The position numbers were made by a program, and so were the translations under genes. The notes beneath the pieces were generated by a model. The model searched no databases and was not told the DNA's origin. It saw only the letters and a list, made by a program, of their open reading frames with translations. This document shows positions 1-8,557 of a stretch of DNA of 46,615 bases, piece after piece (within the stretch, counting starts at the first letter, position 1; every line of letters begins with the position of its first letter). The stretch is from the IMG/VR virus record IMGVR_UViG_3300029398_000003; one strand, given 5' to 3'. Source of the stretch: a virus.

Positions 1-99
1 TATACACGCCTGAAAGCCCAGGCCGAGGCCGAGGCTAAGGGTGAATAACCAGTAAAGGAGAGATTGATTTATGGCCGATACTCTGGCTACCAGTTTCGG
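1..99. repeat. Terminal direct repeat, identical to 46517-46615. Assembly overlap of a circular or circularly permuted genome with unique length 46516 bp.
   Basis: Read directly: both copies run tatacacgcctgaaagcccagg...ctggctaccagtttcgg. The overlap contains the scaffold-gene 3' end and the capsid-gene 5' end. Confidence 0.95.
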
Positions 100-1102
100 A
101 GTGTTGAATTACTCCGGTATGCTCTTCAATAAGGGTAATACCCGTTGCCCCCTGTCCTCCATCATCGGCGGCAGGGCCAAGACTACTAATCATGTCGAGT
201 TCGTGACCGGTCAGGAGTACACCACTGGCGGCGGTGAGCAGCCCGCTATCAGTGAAACCGCTTCTCTGACGGCACCGCAGGCAAGTGTGATTACCCGCAC
301 TCAGAAGACCAATGTGACTCAGATTTTCATGGAAGCCGTAGGCATTTCCTATGCCAAGCAGTCCAACATGGGCACCCTGTCTGGCCTGAATGTTGCCAAC
401 CAGCAGGCTAATCCCATCAATGAGCTGGACTTCCAGGTGGCGGCGAAGATGCAGAAGGTCAACCGGGATATTGAGTTTACCTTTATTCAGGGCACCTTCA
501 ACAAGGCCACTTCTGATGCCACCATCAACAAGACCCGTGGACTGGTGGAGGCGATTACCACCAACACCAAGGCCATGTCCAGCAAGCCTCTCGGCCTGTG
601 GGACATTGCTGACATGGTGAAGAAGATTTACGGTGCCAATGCTCCCACCGATGGCCTGTGCCTGTGGTGTGACGCTACCACGCTGTTCCAGGTCAATGCT
701 GACGCTGTTCAGAATGGCCTTACCGTGGTTCCTGCTACCCGTGAGATCAACGGTATCGCTCTGTCCAGTGTGGTCACTCCCATCGGCGTGGTGTATCTGT
801 ACCTGGGCGAGTGTCTTCCCGCTGGTACGGCTCTGCTGCTGAACCTGAATGTGATCGCCCCTGTGTACCAGCCTGTCCCCGGAAAGGGCAACTTCTTCCT
901 GGAGCCTCTGGCGAAGACCGGTGCCGGTGAGAAGTATCAGCTCTTCGGCCAGATTGGTCTTGACCATGGCCCTGAGTGGTATCATGGCAAGTTTACCGGC
1001 ATTGCTCAGAGCTTTACCGCTCCCAAGTACAGCCGGAGCGTGTTCATTGCCAATGACGAGTCCAATCCCGTGAATACCAAGGAAGTCGGAGCTGGCGGCT
1101 AA
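71..1102 (+). CDS. Major capsid protein (HK97-fold type)
   Basis: 343-aa ORF with RBS aaaggagag 7 nt upstream. Lies directly after the GP20-like scaffold gene (across the circular junction) and before the head-tail connector genes. Family recognised by eye only. Confidence 0.75.
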   Translation: MADTLATSFGVLNYSGMLFNKGNTRCPLSSIIGGRAKTTNHVEFVTGQEYTTGGGEQPAISETASLTAPQASVITRTQKTNVTQIFMEAVGISYAKQSNMGTLSGLNVANQQANPINELDFQVAAKMQKVNRDIEFTFIQGTFNKATSDATINKTRGLVEAITTNTKAMSSKPLGLWDIADMVKKIYGANAPTDGLCLWCDATTLFQVNADAVQNGLTVVPATREINGIALSSVVTPIGVVYLYLGECLPAGTALLLNLNVIAPVYQPVPGKGNFFLEPLAKTGAGEKYQLFGQIGLDHGPEWYHGKFTGIAQSFTAPKYSRSVFIANDESNPVNTKEVGAGG

Positions 1103-1127
1103 TTTGAAGAAAGGTAGGTGAAAAGTC

Positions 1128-1457
1128 ATGACCGATACTGAAAAGCTGGCTATGCTTAAAGCTATGACCGGCGAAAAGGACGAGAGTGTGCTTTCCACCT
1201 ACCTTTCTATCGCTGGCAATAAAATCTTGAAACGGGCTTATCCGTTCAACAGTACCGTAACCGTAGTACCTGACCGGTATGCCTACAATCAGGTGGAGAT
1301 CGCCGCTTATCTGGTAAACAAGCGAGGTGCCGAGGGAGAAACAGCGCACAGTGAGAACGGTATTTCCCGTTCCTATGAAGACGGAGATGTGCCGCCTACA
1401 CTCCTGCGTGAAATTGTTCCCTGTGCCAGCCTTATCGGGAAGGAGCCGGTGGTATGA
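1128..1457 (+). CDS. Head-tail connector protein (phage gp6-like)
   Basis: 109 aa. Position after the capsid gene. The N-terminal LAMLKAM...DESVLSTYLSIAGNKIL pattern is typical of gp6-like connectors. Confidence 0.6.
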   Translation: MTDTEKLAMLKAMTGEKDESVLSTYLSIAGNKILKRAYPFNSTVTVVPDRYAYNQVEIAAYLVNKRGAEGETAHSENGISRSYEDGDVPPTLLREIVPCASLIGKEPVV

Positions 1458-1828
1458 GAGTTATGGAGCGCAACAAATCTGCTTACTGGTATCTGCTGTA
1501 TGACAGAAAAGAGCCGGTAAAGGATGAAGAGGGTCACGAAACGGGCGATACCCGTGTGGTCTACAAAGAAGCCGTGAAACGGCGGGACAATGTTTCCGCC
1601 GCAACCGGTTCAGCTCAGGTGGAACAGTTTGGCAATTTCATCTCCTATGACAAGGTGATTGTCACGGACGATCTTACTTGCCCGATTGATGAAAATACCG
1701 TCCTGTTTATCGACAAGTCCCCTGAATATGACAATGACGGAAATCCTCTCTTTGACTACATCGTGAAGCGTGTTGCAAAGAGCCTCAATTCCATCTCTTA
1801 TGCTGTGAGCAAGGTGACGGTATCGTGA
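1454..1828 (+). CDS. Head closure / head-tail adaptor protein
   Basis: 124 aa. ATGA overlap coupling with neighbouring genes. Call based on synteny in the connector block. Confidence 0.45.
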   Translation: MRVMERNKSAYWYLLYDRKEPVKDEEGHETGDTRVVYKEAVKRRDNVSAATGSAQVEQFGNFISYDKVIVTDDLTCPIDENTVLFIDKSPEYDNDGNPLFDYIVKRVAKSLNSISYAVSKVTVS

Positions 1829-2346
1829 AGACCATCAAAATTCCTTTGTCCGTAGCCGGTATTGACAACGCCATTCGAGAGATTAACCGGTATCAAAGCT
1901 GGTTGAAAGCGAAGACAAGTGTTCTGTTGGACAGATTGGCGCAAGAAGGTCTATCGGTAGCCTCTGCCAACTTCGCAAAGGCAGCGTATGACGGCACCAG
2001 TGATGTGTCTGTGTCTGTGGAGAAGAGAGGGGCCGGAGTTCGGGCCGTGGTTGCTGTGGGGGCATCGGTACTCTTCATCGAGTTCGGCACCGGCGTGACC
2101 TACCCGGATAATCACCCGGAAGCCGCAGAACATGGTATGCGCCGTGGAGAATATGGGGTAGGTCACGGTAAGCAGCCGTCTTGGGGTTACTACGGAGAAC
2201 CCGGTACTAATGGTGTTATTCACACTAAAAAGGACGGAAAGGAAGTAGTCATCACCCAAGGCAATCCGGCCAATATGTCCATGTATGAAACCGTAAAACA
2301 CTTGGAGGGTATCTTGCCCGGACTGGCAAAGGAGGTATTTCGATGA
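1825..2346 (+). CDS. HK97 gp10-like tail-attachment protein
   Basis: 173 aa with an LFIEFGTG motif typical of the HK97 gp10 family; synteny. Confidence 0.55.
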   Translation: MKTIKIPLSVAGIDNAIREINRYQSWLKAKTSVLLDRLAQEGLSVASANFAKAAYDGTSDVSVSVEKRGAGVRAVVAVGASVLFIEFGTGVTYPDNHPEAAEHGMRRGEYGVGHGKQPSWGYYGEPGTNGVIHTKKDGKEVVITQGNPANMSMYETVKHLEGILPGLAKEVFR

Positions 2347-2744
2347 TTGATGTGGAGAGTCAAATCTACACACCGATTGCGGTAGCCCTCCGGGAAACTT
2401 TTCCTGGTATTGATGTGAGCGGCGAGTATGTGAAAGCTCCATCCGCTTTTCCTCATGTGAGCATCGTGGAACAGGACAATTACCCCACTCTGGAACACCT
2501 GAGTACCAGCGACAAAGAGCTGTTCGCAACACTGATGTATGAGGTAAATGTCTATTCCAACAAATCGACCAGCAAGAAAAGCCAATGCCGGAACATCATG
2601 AAGGTCATTGATGATCTTATGTACCAGCGTAATTTCACCCGCATTTCCCTGTCCCCCATCCCCAACTTAGAGAACGCAAGTATCTACCGCCTTGTAGCTC
2701 GGTATCGGGCCGAAACAGACGGCACAAATCTTTACAGGAGGTAA
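2343..2744 (+). CDS. Tail completion / tail terminator protein
   Basis: 133 aa, overlap-coupled, immediately upstream of the major tail gene. Confidence 0.45.
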   Translation: MIDVESQIYTPIAVALRETFPGIDVSGEYVKAPSAFPHVSIVEQDNYPTLEHLSTSDKELFATLMYEVNVYSNKSTSKKSQCRNIMKVIDDLMYQRNFTRISLSPIPNLENASIYRLVARYRAETDGTNLYRR

Positions 2745-2750
2745 GTTGAA

Positions 2751-3182
2751 ATGGCGATTAGCACCTATAAGGTCTTTCTGATGAAGAAAGGCGATAGTGA
2801 TGAAACCTATTCCAAGCTGTGTGACATTAAGGAGTTTCCCGACCTTGGCGGCGAACCCGAAATGTTAGAAACCACTACACTATCCGACAATATGCAGACC
2901 TATATTGCCGGTATTCAGTCCCTTGATGGCCTGTCCTTCACGGCAAACTACGACATGGCTACCTTTAAGAAGCTGAAAGAGCTGGAAGGTAAGGAAGACA
3001 GCTATGCCGTCTGGTTTGGTGGAACCGGGACTGGTAATGCTGTCATTCCTGATGGTTCCAATGGCAAGTTCGCCTTTAAGGGCCAACTGTCCGTATTCCC
3101 CGTGGGCGGCGGTGTAAACGAGGTTGTGGACATGAACATTTCCATTGCCCCGTCTACCCCCATCACTTTCTCTGATACCTAA
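2751..3182 (+). CDS. Major tail (tube) protein
   Basis: 143 aa. Lies before the chaperone pair and the tape measure gene, the canonical siphovirus order. Confidence 0.6.
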   Translation: MAISTYKVFLMKKGDSDETYSKLCDIKEFPDLGGEPEMLETTTLSDNMQTYIAGIQSLDGLSFTANYDMATFKKLKELEGKEDSYAVWFGGTGTGNAVIPDGSNGKFAFKGQLSVFPVGGGVNEVVDMNISIAPSTPITFSDT

Positions 3183-3214
3183 TCACAACGGCCTGACGAT
3201 AAGGAGGATTTATC

Positions 3215-3559
3215 ATGGCTAAGACGCTGACAATCAAAGACCCTGTTTCCGGTGAGAGCTATACGCTGGAATATACCCGCAAGACCGTAGAGATCATGGA
3301 GAAGCAGGGCTTCATTGCGGACGATGTTGACCGCAAGCCCATGACCATGCTCCCGGCTCTGTTTGCCGGTGCATTTATCGCTCGGCACCGCTTCGTAAAG
3401 AGAGAGGTCATTGACCGCATTTATGCCCGTCTGCCCCGGAAAGACGAGCTTCTGCCGAAGCTGGTAGAAATGTATAACGAACCCATTCTCTCTCTGATGG
3501 AAGAGCCTACTCCTGACGAGGGCGGCGAGGGAAACATGGACTGGACTGCCAACTGGTAA
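3215..3559 (+). CDS. Tail assembly chaperone (gpG-like, zero-frame product)
   Basis: 114-aa acidic protein directly upstream of the tape measure gene. A slippery heptamer lies near its 3' end. Confidence 0.65.
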   Translation: MAKTLTIKDPVSGESYTLEYTRKTVEIMEKQGFIADDVDRKPMTMLPALFAGAFIARHRFVKREVIDRIYARLPRKDELLPKLVEMYNEPILSLMEEPTPDEGGEGNMDWTANW

Positions 3560-4014
3560 GCGGGTTGCAGTCCGATGAACGAGGGGGCGGTGGCGTAGTT
3601 CGCCCCGCTCCCCGTTTCGCTTACACGGAAAAGTTTTATGAAGTGTTCCCCTTCTACTTGGCAATCGGTATGACTGCCGAACAATATTGGGACGGAGATT
3701 GTGAGCTTGTCAGATACTACCGCAAAGCCGCAAAAATCCGGCAAGATTTGAAAAATCAAGATGCGTGGTTGCAAGGAATGTATATCTATCAGGCAATCGG
3801 CAATCTGGCCCCCATCCTCCGAGCTTTTGCGAAAAAAGGCACTAAGGCTGTGCCTTATCCCGATCAGCCGTTTGCGCTGAACACCATGCAGAAGGAGGAA
3901 AAGAAACAGGCCAAACGGGAGAAGCAGGACGAAAAGGCGAAAGCCTATTTCCAAGCATTGGCTATGTCGTTCAATAAGAAATTTCAGGAGAAAGGTGGTG
4001 GCGTAAATGGCTGA
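3215..4014 (+). CDS. Tail assembly chaperone fusion (gpGT-like), made by -1 frameshift at 3529-3535
   Basis: After a -1 slip at G GGA AAC the -1 frame is open (ggg aaa cat gga ctg gac tgc caa ctg gta agc ggg ttg ...) through ORF 3565-4014, which ends inside the tape measure start. Confidence 0.6.
3529..3535 (+). promoter_or_regulatory. Programmed -1 ribosomal frameshift slippery heptamer G GGA AAC
   Basis: Matches X XXY YYZ in the zero frame of ORF 3215-3559, 24 nt before its stop. Confidence 0.6.
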
Positions 4015-7000
4015 TAATGTGGAAATTCAGGGTTTGGAATTTCAAATCCAAGAGAACAGTGCAGGAGCCGTAACCGGACTTGAAAATCTGAAAAAGGCCC
4101 TGAGCGGATTGAAGTCTGTGACCGGCAGCAGCGTCAAGGGGCTTGACAGCACCAGCAAGAGTATTCGGGAATTGAAGAACGCTCTCTCCGGCCTGAACAG
4201 CGGTGATATGTCCCGGAAGTTGACGCAGATTGCCTCCGGCCTGAGAGCATTGGAACAGGTCAGAGGGGTCAAGATTTCCAATTCTATCCTTAATCAGCTT
4301 AACGCTCTCAATGCCGCCCTGAAAAATGTCAGGTGGACGGACGGGGACAAGATCAGAACCCTTGTAGATGGTCTGCGTCCTCTGTCCGAGCTTGGAAGAG
4401 CCAACATGACTTCCTTCATCAATCAACTCGGAAAACTCCCGGCACTGATTGACGAGTTGGAAAAGGCAGATGTTGACAAGTTCACTCGCCAGATGAAGGA
4501 GCTTGCCGCCGCTATGAAGCCTTTTGCAGATGAAATGCAGAAGGTGTCCAATGGATTTTCCGCTTTTCCGTCCAGAATACAGAGGTTGATTGCCAGCACA
4601 GACCGGTACAACAATTCTGTAAACCGGGCTACTACCGGTACTAAAGCGTGGTCTAATGCTCTCGCAGGTATCAAACTTTCCACGGTACTCTACGCCTCTA
4701 ATCGAATTGGTGCCGCACTTGCCGGATATATGTATCAGGCTTCCGAGTGGGAAGGTATCATGTACCGCTTTGGTCGAGCTTTTGGCGAAGAGGCAGAAGA
4801 AAATTACAAGTGGATTAACCGTCTAAACTCTGAGCTGAAAATCAATGTTCAACAGTTCATGCAGTATGCTTCCATCTACGGCACTATGCTGAAAGGCTTC
4901 GGTGTCGCACAGAAGGACGCTGCGGCTATGGCTATGAACTATACCGAGCTGACTTATGATATTTGGGCCGGTTACAACGACATTTACAAGAGTTTTGAAG
5001 ACGCTGCCGTTGCTGTGCGCTCTGCTATTGCCGGTGAGGTTGAACCCATCCGTAGAGCTGGTTTCACCATCGTGGACTCTCAGTTGAAAATCACGGCGGC
5101 AAATTACGGTATTGCGTACAGCACTCAAAGCGCAAGCGAGGAATTGAAGTCCTATCTGCGGTATCTGACCCTGATCGACCAAGCCAAGGCACAGAATTTG
5201 ATTGGCACTTATGCCCGTGAGATGACTACCGCAGAAGGTCTTATGAGAACCCTGCGTCAACAGCTCACCTCTCTATCTCAGGCTTTTGGCTCTTTCCTTC
5301 TTCCTGCTTTGGTGAAGGTTTTACCCTATGTGCAAGCCTTTGTGGAGCTGATTGGGGAAGCGATTGCGGCTCTGGCACAGCTCTTTGGCATTGACTTGAA
5401 GCCTGTTGATTTTGGAGTCAGTTCCGGTGCCTCCGCTGCCGGGGATATGGCTGATAACCTTGGTGACGCTGCGGGTGCCGCAAAGAAGCTGAAACAGTAC
5501 ACCGCTGGTTTTGACGAGCTGAATGTTTTTGACCCTAATCAGGGAGCCGGGGGAGCTGGTGCCGGTGTTTCCGGTGGAGGCTACGAGGGTGAGTTTGACA
5601 TCGGTAAACTGTGGGACGAGAGCATTTTTGAGAACATCAATTCCCAGGTTGACGAACTGAAAGAAAACCTGAAAGGTGTTCTTTCCACTGTGACCAGTAT
5701 TGCGGCGGGTATTTTGGCGTGGAAGGTCGCCAAAGATTTCTTAGCGGCCTTGAAACTTCTGAAAGAACTGAACTCCAAGAATTTTGCCTTCAAACTGGAC
5801 TTCAAAGTTCTCGGCTTGTCCATGTTCCTCGCTGATTTGAAGGAATTTGAAAGGTATCTGAAAGATTTCCTGGACAACGGCCCTACCTTCCAGAATGTTG
5901 CCGGTATGATTAGTTCCTTTGCCGGTATGGTGGGGGACGCTCTGATTATGCTCGGCGGTTTGAAGGTTGGCGGTGCGCTGAAAGTTATTCAGGGTATCGG
6001 TGAGATCGTCATTGGTATCAGCGACATTGCGGAGAATGGTGTCAATGCGGAAAATGCCCTAACTGTCATCCGAGGACTGACTAATATCGCCATTGGTATC
6101 GGCGTGTTTACTGGAAATATCAAGTTGGCGGCATGGAGCGTAGCCATTCAAGGCTTCACCACCATCATCCGTGAGATTGCTACAAATTGGGACGCTATCA
6201 AGCAAGGCGATTGGAGCGGTGTGGACAAGGTGGCTCTGATTATTGGCGGTTTGGAAATCTTGGGCGGTTTGGTAGTCGCTCTTGATGTATTTTCCAAGTT
6301 GAAGGGTATCTCTAACCTGGGCAATGCCACTACCGCTATGAACACACTCTCCAATGCTACGGGAACGATTGATACTACCGTTAGTACCCAGCTCTCCCCC
6401 AAGCTGAAATCTCTGGCGAAGAACCTCGGCCTTGGTGTGGTAGTCATTGCCGAAGTTGCGGCAGCGGCAATTATCTTTACCGGGGCAATCGCCATCATGG
6501 GCCATGAACTCGAAGAAGTTGGTAAAGCGTGGGAACCTGTCATTGAAAACGGAACCACCGTTGCAACTGCAATCGGTATTGGAGCTGGTATCTTGGGTGC
6601 GGTCGGTTTAGCCGCATACGCCTTGGGAACCGGAGGTAAGACCATTGCCTTGAATATCGGCATCGGAACAGCTATCTTACTGGAACTCGGCGTAGCTACC
6701 GGTCTGTTCTTGGTAGAAATTTGGGCCGTAGGTAAGGGGCTTGACGAGATTGGTCAGGCATGGCAACCGGTTTTGGACAACGGCGAAGAGATTGCTACCG
6801 CCATTGGTGTAGGCACCGGCCTTTTGGTTGGCGTAGGTACTGTGACGGCAGCTCTTGGCGCAATCACTATCGGTACGGCGGGGTTGCTTCCTGCGGCAAT
6901 CGCCTTGGGAGCCGGTATTCTGGCAGAAATGGCCCTGGCTTGTATCGGGTTGGTGGAAAGCCTACGAGCTGTTGCGGACGAATTGAACAATAACCTTGCC

Positions 7001-8149
7001 CCCTCTCTCCGGGACTTAAACAGCACTCTTCCCCAGCTTACCGATGATATGTCCGATTTTGTGGATTTCATGTCTACCTTTGCCGGGGAGATCAGTTCCT
7101 ATACTGACTCTATGGGCGGTATCACCTGGGACAGCATTGTAAGCGGCTTCCAGAAGCTCTTTGCCGGTAATCCTATCGGCGATTTCGCTGATGATGTGAA
7201 CGCCATCTACACGGACACTAAGAGCTTGAATGACGAACTGCGGCTTGCAAACCCGGAACTGCAAACCGCTGTAACCCTGCTGACACAGTATGCCGCTCTT
7301 ATGGAGCAGCTTGGTATTCTGACGCAGGAAAACGGCACGGCAAATTTGGCAACTGGTATCTTTACCAATCTGCAAGTCTGCGGTGAGCAGCTTGTGACTG
7401 GCTTCTCCACCGGCATGACGAATAAAATGCCTCTCATTCAAGCCAATGTGGAGCAGATGAAGACCACCCTTGACACCAACTTCAATACGCTGGTAGACGG
7501 GGTTGTGCAGAAGTGGCAGACCGGTTTGGACACCATGAACACGGATTTTACTACTTTCCGCACAAATACGCTTCTCGGCTTCACGGACTTCCAAACGCAG
7601 ATGACCACTGGCATGGACGATTTTACGACCACCTTCCCGAAGGGGTGGAGTTCCATGTGGAGAGGCATGAACAATACCGCTATCATCCAGTGGAACTCTA
7701 CTCTGAACGCAATGGAAAGAGGCATGAACAATGCCATCAACGCACTCAACCAAGTCATTCGCTCTATCAACGCTGTTTCTTGGATTACGGGTATCAGTCT
7801 GAGCTATTTTAGCCGGATTTCCATTGACCAAATCCAGTATATGGCTGAGGGCGGTTTTGTGGATGAAGGGCAGCTCTTCATTGCGAGAGAGGCCGGAGCC
7901 GAGATGGTGGGTGCCATGGGACGGCGTACCGCTGTTGCCAACAATGACCAGATCGTTGAAGGTATTTCCGCTGGTGTGTCCGTTGCTAATGACGGCGTGA
8001 TCGCCGCTATCTATGCACTCATGAATATCATCGAGGACAAGGATTTGTCTGTGTCCATCGGTGATGATGTAATTGGCCGGTCTTATGACCGGTATAACCG
8101 GAGCAGAGGTGTCCGAGTGAACAGTGGTGCCTTTGCCAACGCCTACTAA
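4007..8149 (+). CDS. Tape measure protein
   Basis: 1380 aa with coiled-coil N- and C-terminal parts and a Gly/Ala/Ile-rich hydrophobic central repeat region. Position after the chaperone pair. Confidence 0.9.
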   Translation: MADNVEIQGLEFQIQENSAGAVTGLENLKKALSGLKSVTGSSVKGLDSTSKSIRELKNALSGLNSGDMSRKLTQIASGLRALEQVRGVKISNSILNQLNALNAALKNVRWTDGDKIRTLVDGLRPLSELGRANMTSFINQLGKLPALIDELEKADVDKFTRQMKELAAAMKPFADEMQKVSNGFSAFPSRIQRLIASTDRYNNSVNRATTGTKAWSNALAGIKLSTVLYASNRIGAALAGYMYQASEWEGIMYRFGRAFGEEAEENYKWINRLNSELKINVQQFMQYASIYGTMLKGFGVAQKDAAAMAMNYTELTYDIWAGYNDIYKSFEDAAVAVRSAIAGEVEPIRRAGFTIVDSQLKITAANYGIAYSTQSASEELKSYLRYLTLIDQAKAQNLIGTYAREMTTAEGLMRTLRQQLTSLSQAFGSFLLPALVKVLPYVQAFVELIGEAIAALAQLFGIDLKPVDFGVSSGASAAGDMADNLGDAAGAAKKLKQYTAGFDELNVFDPNQGAGGAGAGVSGGGYEGEFDIGKLWDESIFENINSQVDELKENLKGVLSTVTSIAAGILAWKVAKDFLAALKLLKELNSKNFAFKLDFKVLGLSMFLADLKEFERYLKDFLDNGPTFQNVAGMISSFAGMVGDALIMLGGLKVGGALKVIQGIGEIVIGISDIAENGVNAENALTVIRGLTNIAIGIGVFTGNIKLAAWSVAIQGFTTIIREIATNWDAIKQGDWSGVDKVALIIGGLEILGGLVVALDVFSKLKGISNLGNATTAMNTLSNATGTIDTTVSTQLSPKLKSLAKNLGLGVVVIAEVAAAAIIFTGAIAIMGHELEEVGKAWEPVIENGTTVATAIGIGAGILGAVGLAAYALGTGGKTIALNIGIGTAILLELGVATGLFLVEIWAVGKGLDEIGQAWQPVLDNGEEIATAIGVGTGLLVGVGTVTAALGAITIGTAGLLPAAIALGAGILAEMALACIGLVESLRAVADELNNNLAPSLRDLNSTLPQLTDDMSDFVDFMSTFAGEISSYTDSMGGITWDSIVSGFQKLFAGNPIGDFADDVNAIYTDTKSLNDELRLANPELQTAVTLLTQYAALMEQLGILTQENGTANLATGIFTNLQVCGEQLVTGFSTGMTNKMPLIQANVEQMKTTLDTNFNTLVDGVVQKWQTGLDTMNTDFTTFRTNTLLGFTDFQTQMTTGMDDFTTTFPKGWSSMWRGMNNTAIIQWNSTLNAMERGMNNAINALNQVIRSINAVSWITGISLSYFSRISIDQIQYMAEGGFVDEGQLFIAREAGAEMVGAMGRRTAVANNDQIVEGISAGVSVANDGVIAAIYALMNIIEDKDLSVSIGDDVIGRSYDRYNRSRGVRVNSGAFANAY

Positions 8150-8161
8150 GGGGGTAAGGAT

Positions 8162-8545
8162 ATGGCAGCATTTATCAAGATCAATGGTCGTGAATATCCT
8201 TGCCCCCGCAGAGGGCTTAACCTCATGACCGCTACCATCGTGGACTCCGCCAGAAACGCAAATGCTGTGGTGGTGGGTCAGGTGGTAGGCCGTGAACAGC
8301 AAAAAATCGACAATCTGGAATGGGCTTATCTGACTGCGGAACAGTGGTCGAGCCTGTTGCAAGAATTTAGAAATTTCTATGTGATGGTCACTTACCCGGA
8401 TATGGTGAACAACACATGGACTACCCGGAAGATGTACCCCGGTGACAGAACGGCAGAGCCATTCCATCTTGACCCGGAAACACAGCTTCCCATTGATTAC
8501 ATTAACTGCAAAGTTAATCTCATTGACTGCGGAGAGCCGTTGTAA
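8162..8545 (+). CDS. Small tail component (distal-tail-protein position)
   Basis: 127 aa directly after the tape measure gene. Function inferred from synteny only. Confidence 0.35.
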   Translation: MAAFIKINGREYPCPRRGLNLMTATIVDSARNANAVVVGQVVGREQQKIDNLEWAYLTAEQWSSLLQEFRNFYVMVTYPDMVNNTWTTRKMYPGDRTAEPFHLDPETQLPIDYINCKVNLIDCGEPL

Positions 8546-8557
8546 AGGAGGGCCGAT

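Noticed and set aside
35-1198. Long minus-strand ORFs antisense to well-supported + strand genes (35-1198, 7016-8467, 15605-16783, 20230-21168, 24605-25357, 28394-29647, 30951-32153, 34034-34813, 44239-45021), and the + strand ORF 17824-19062 opposite the integrase
   Set aside because: These are shadow ORFs. Each fully overlaps a gene with recognisable motifs on the other strand. Their translations are low-complexity (Gly/Arg/His/Leu-rich) with no motifs or RBS.
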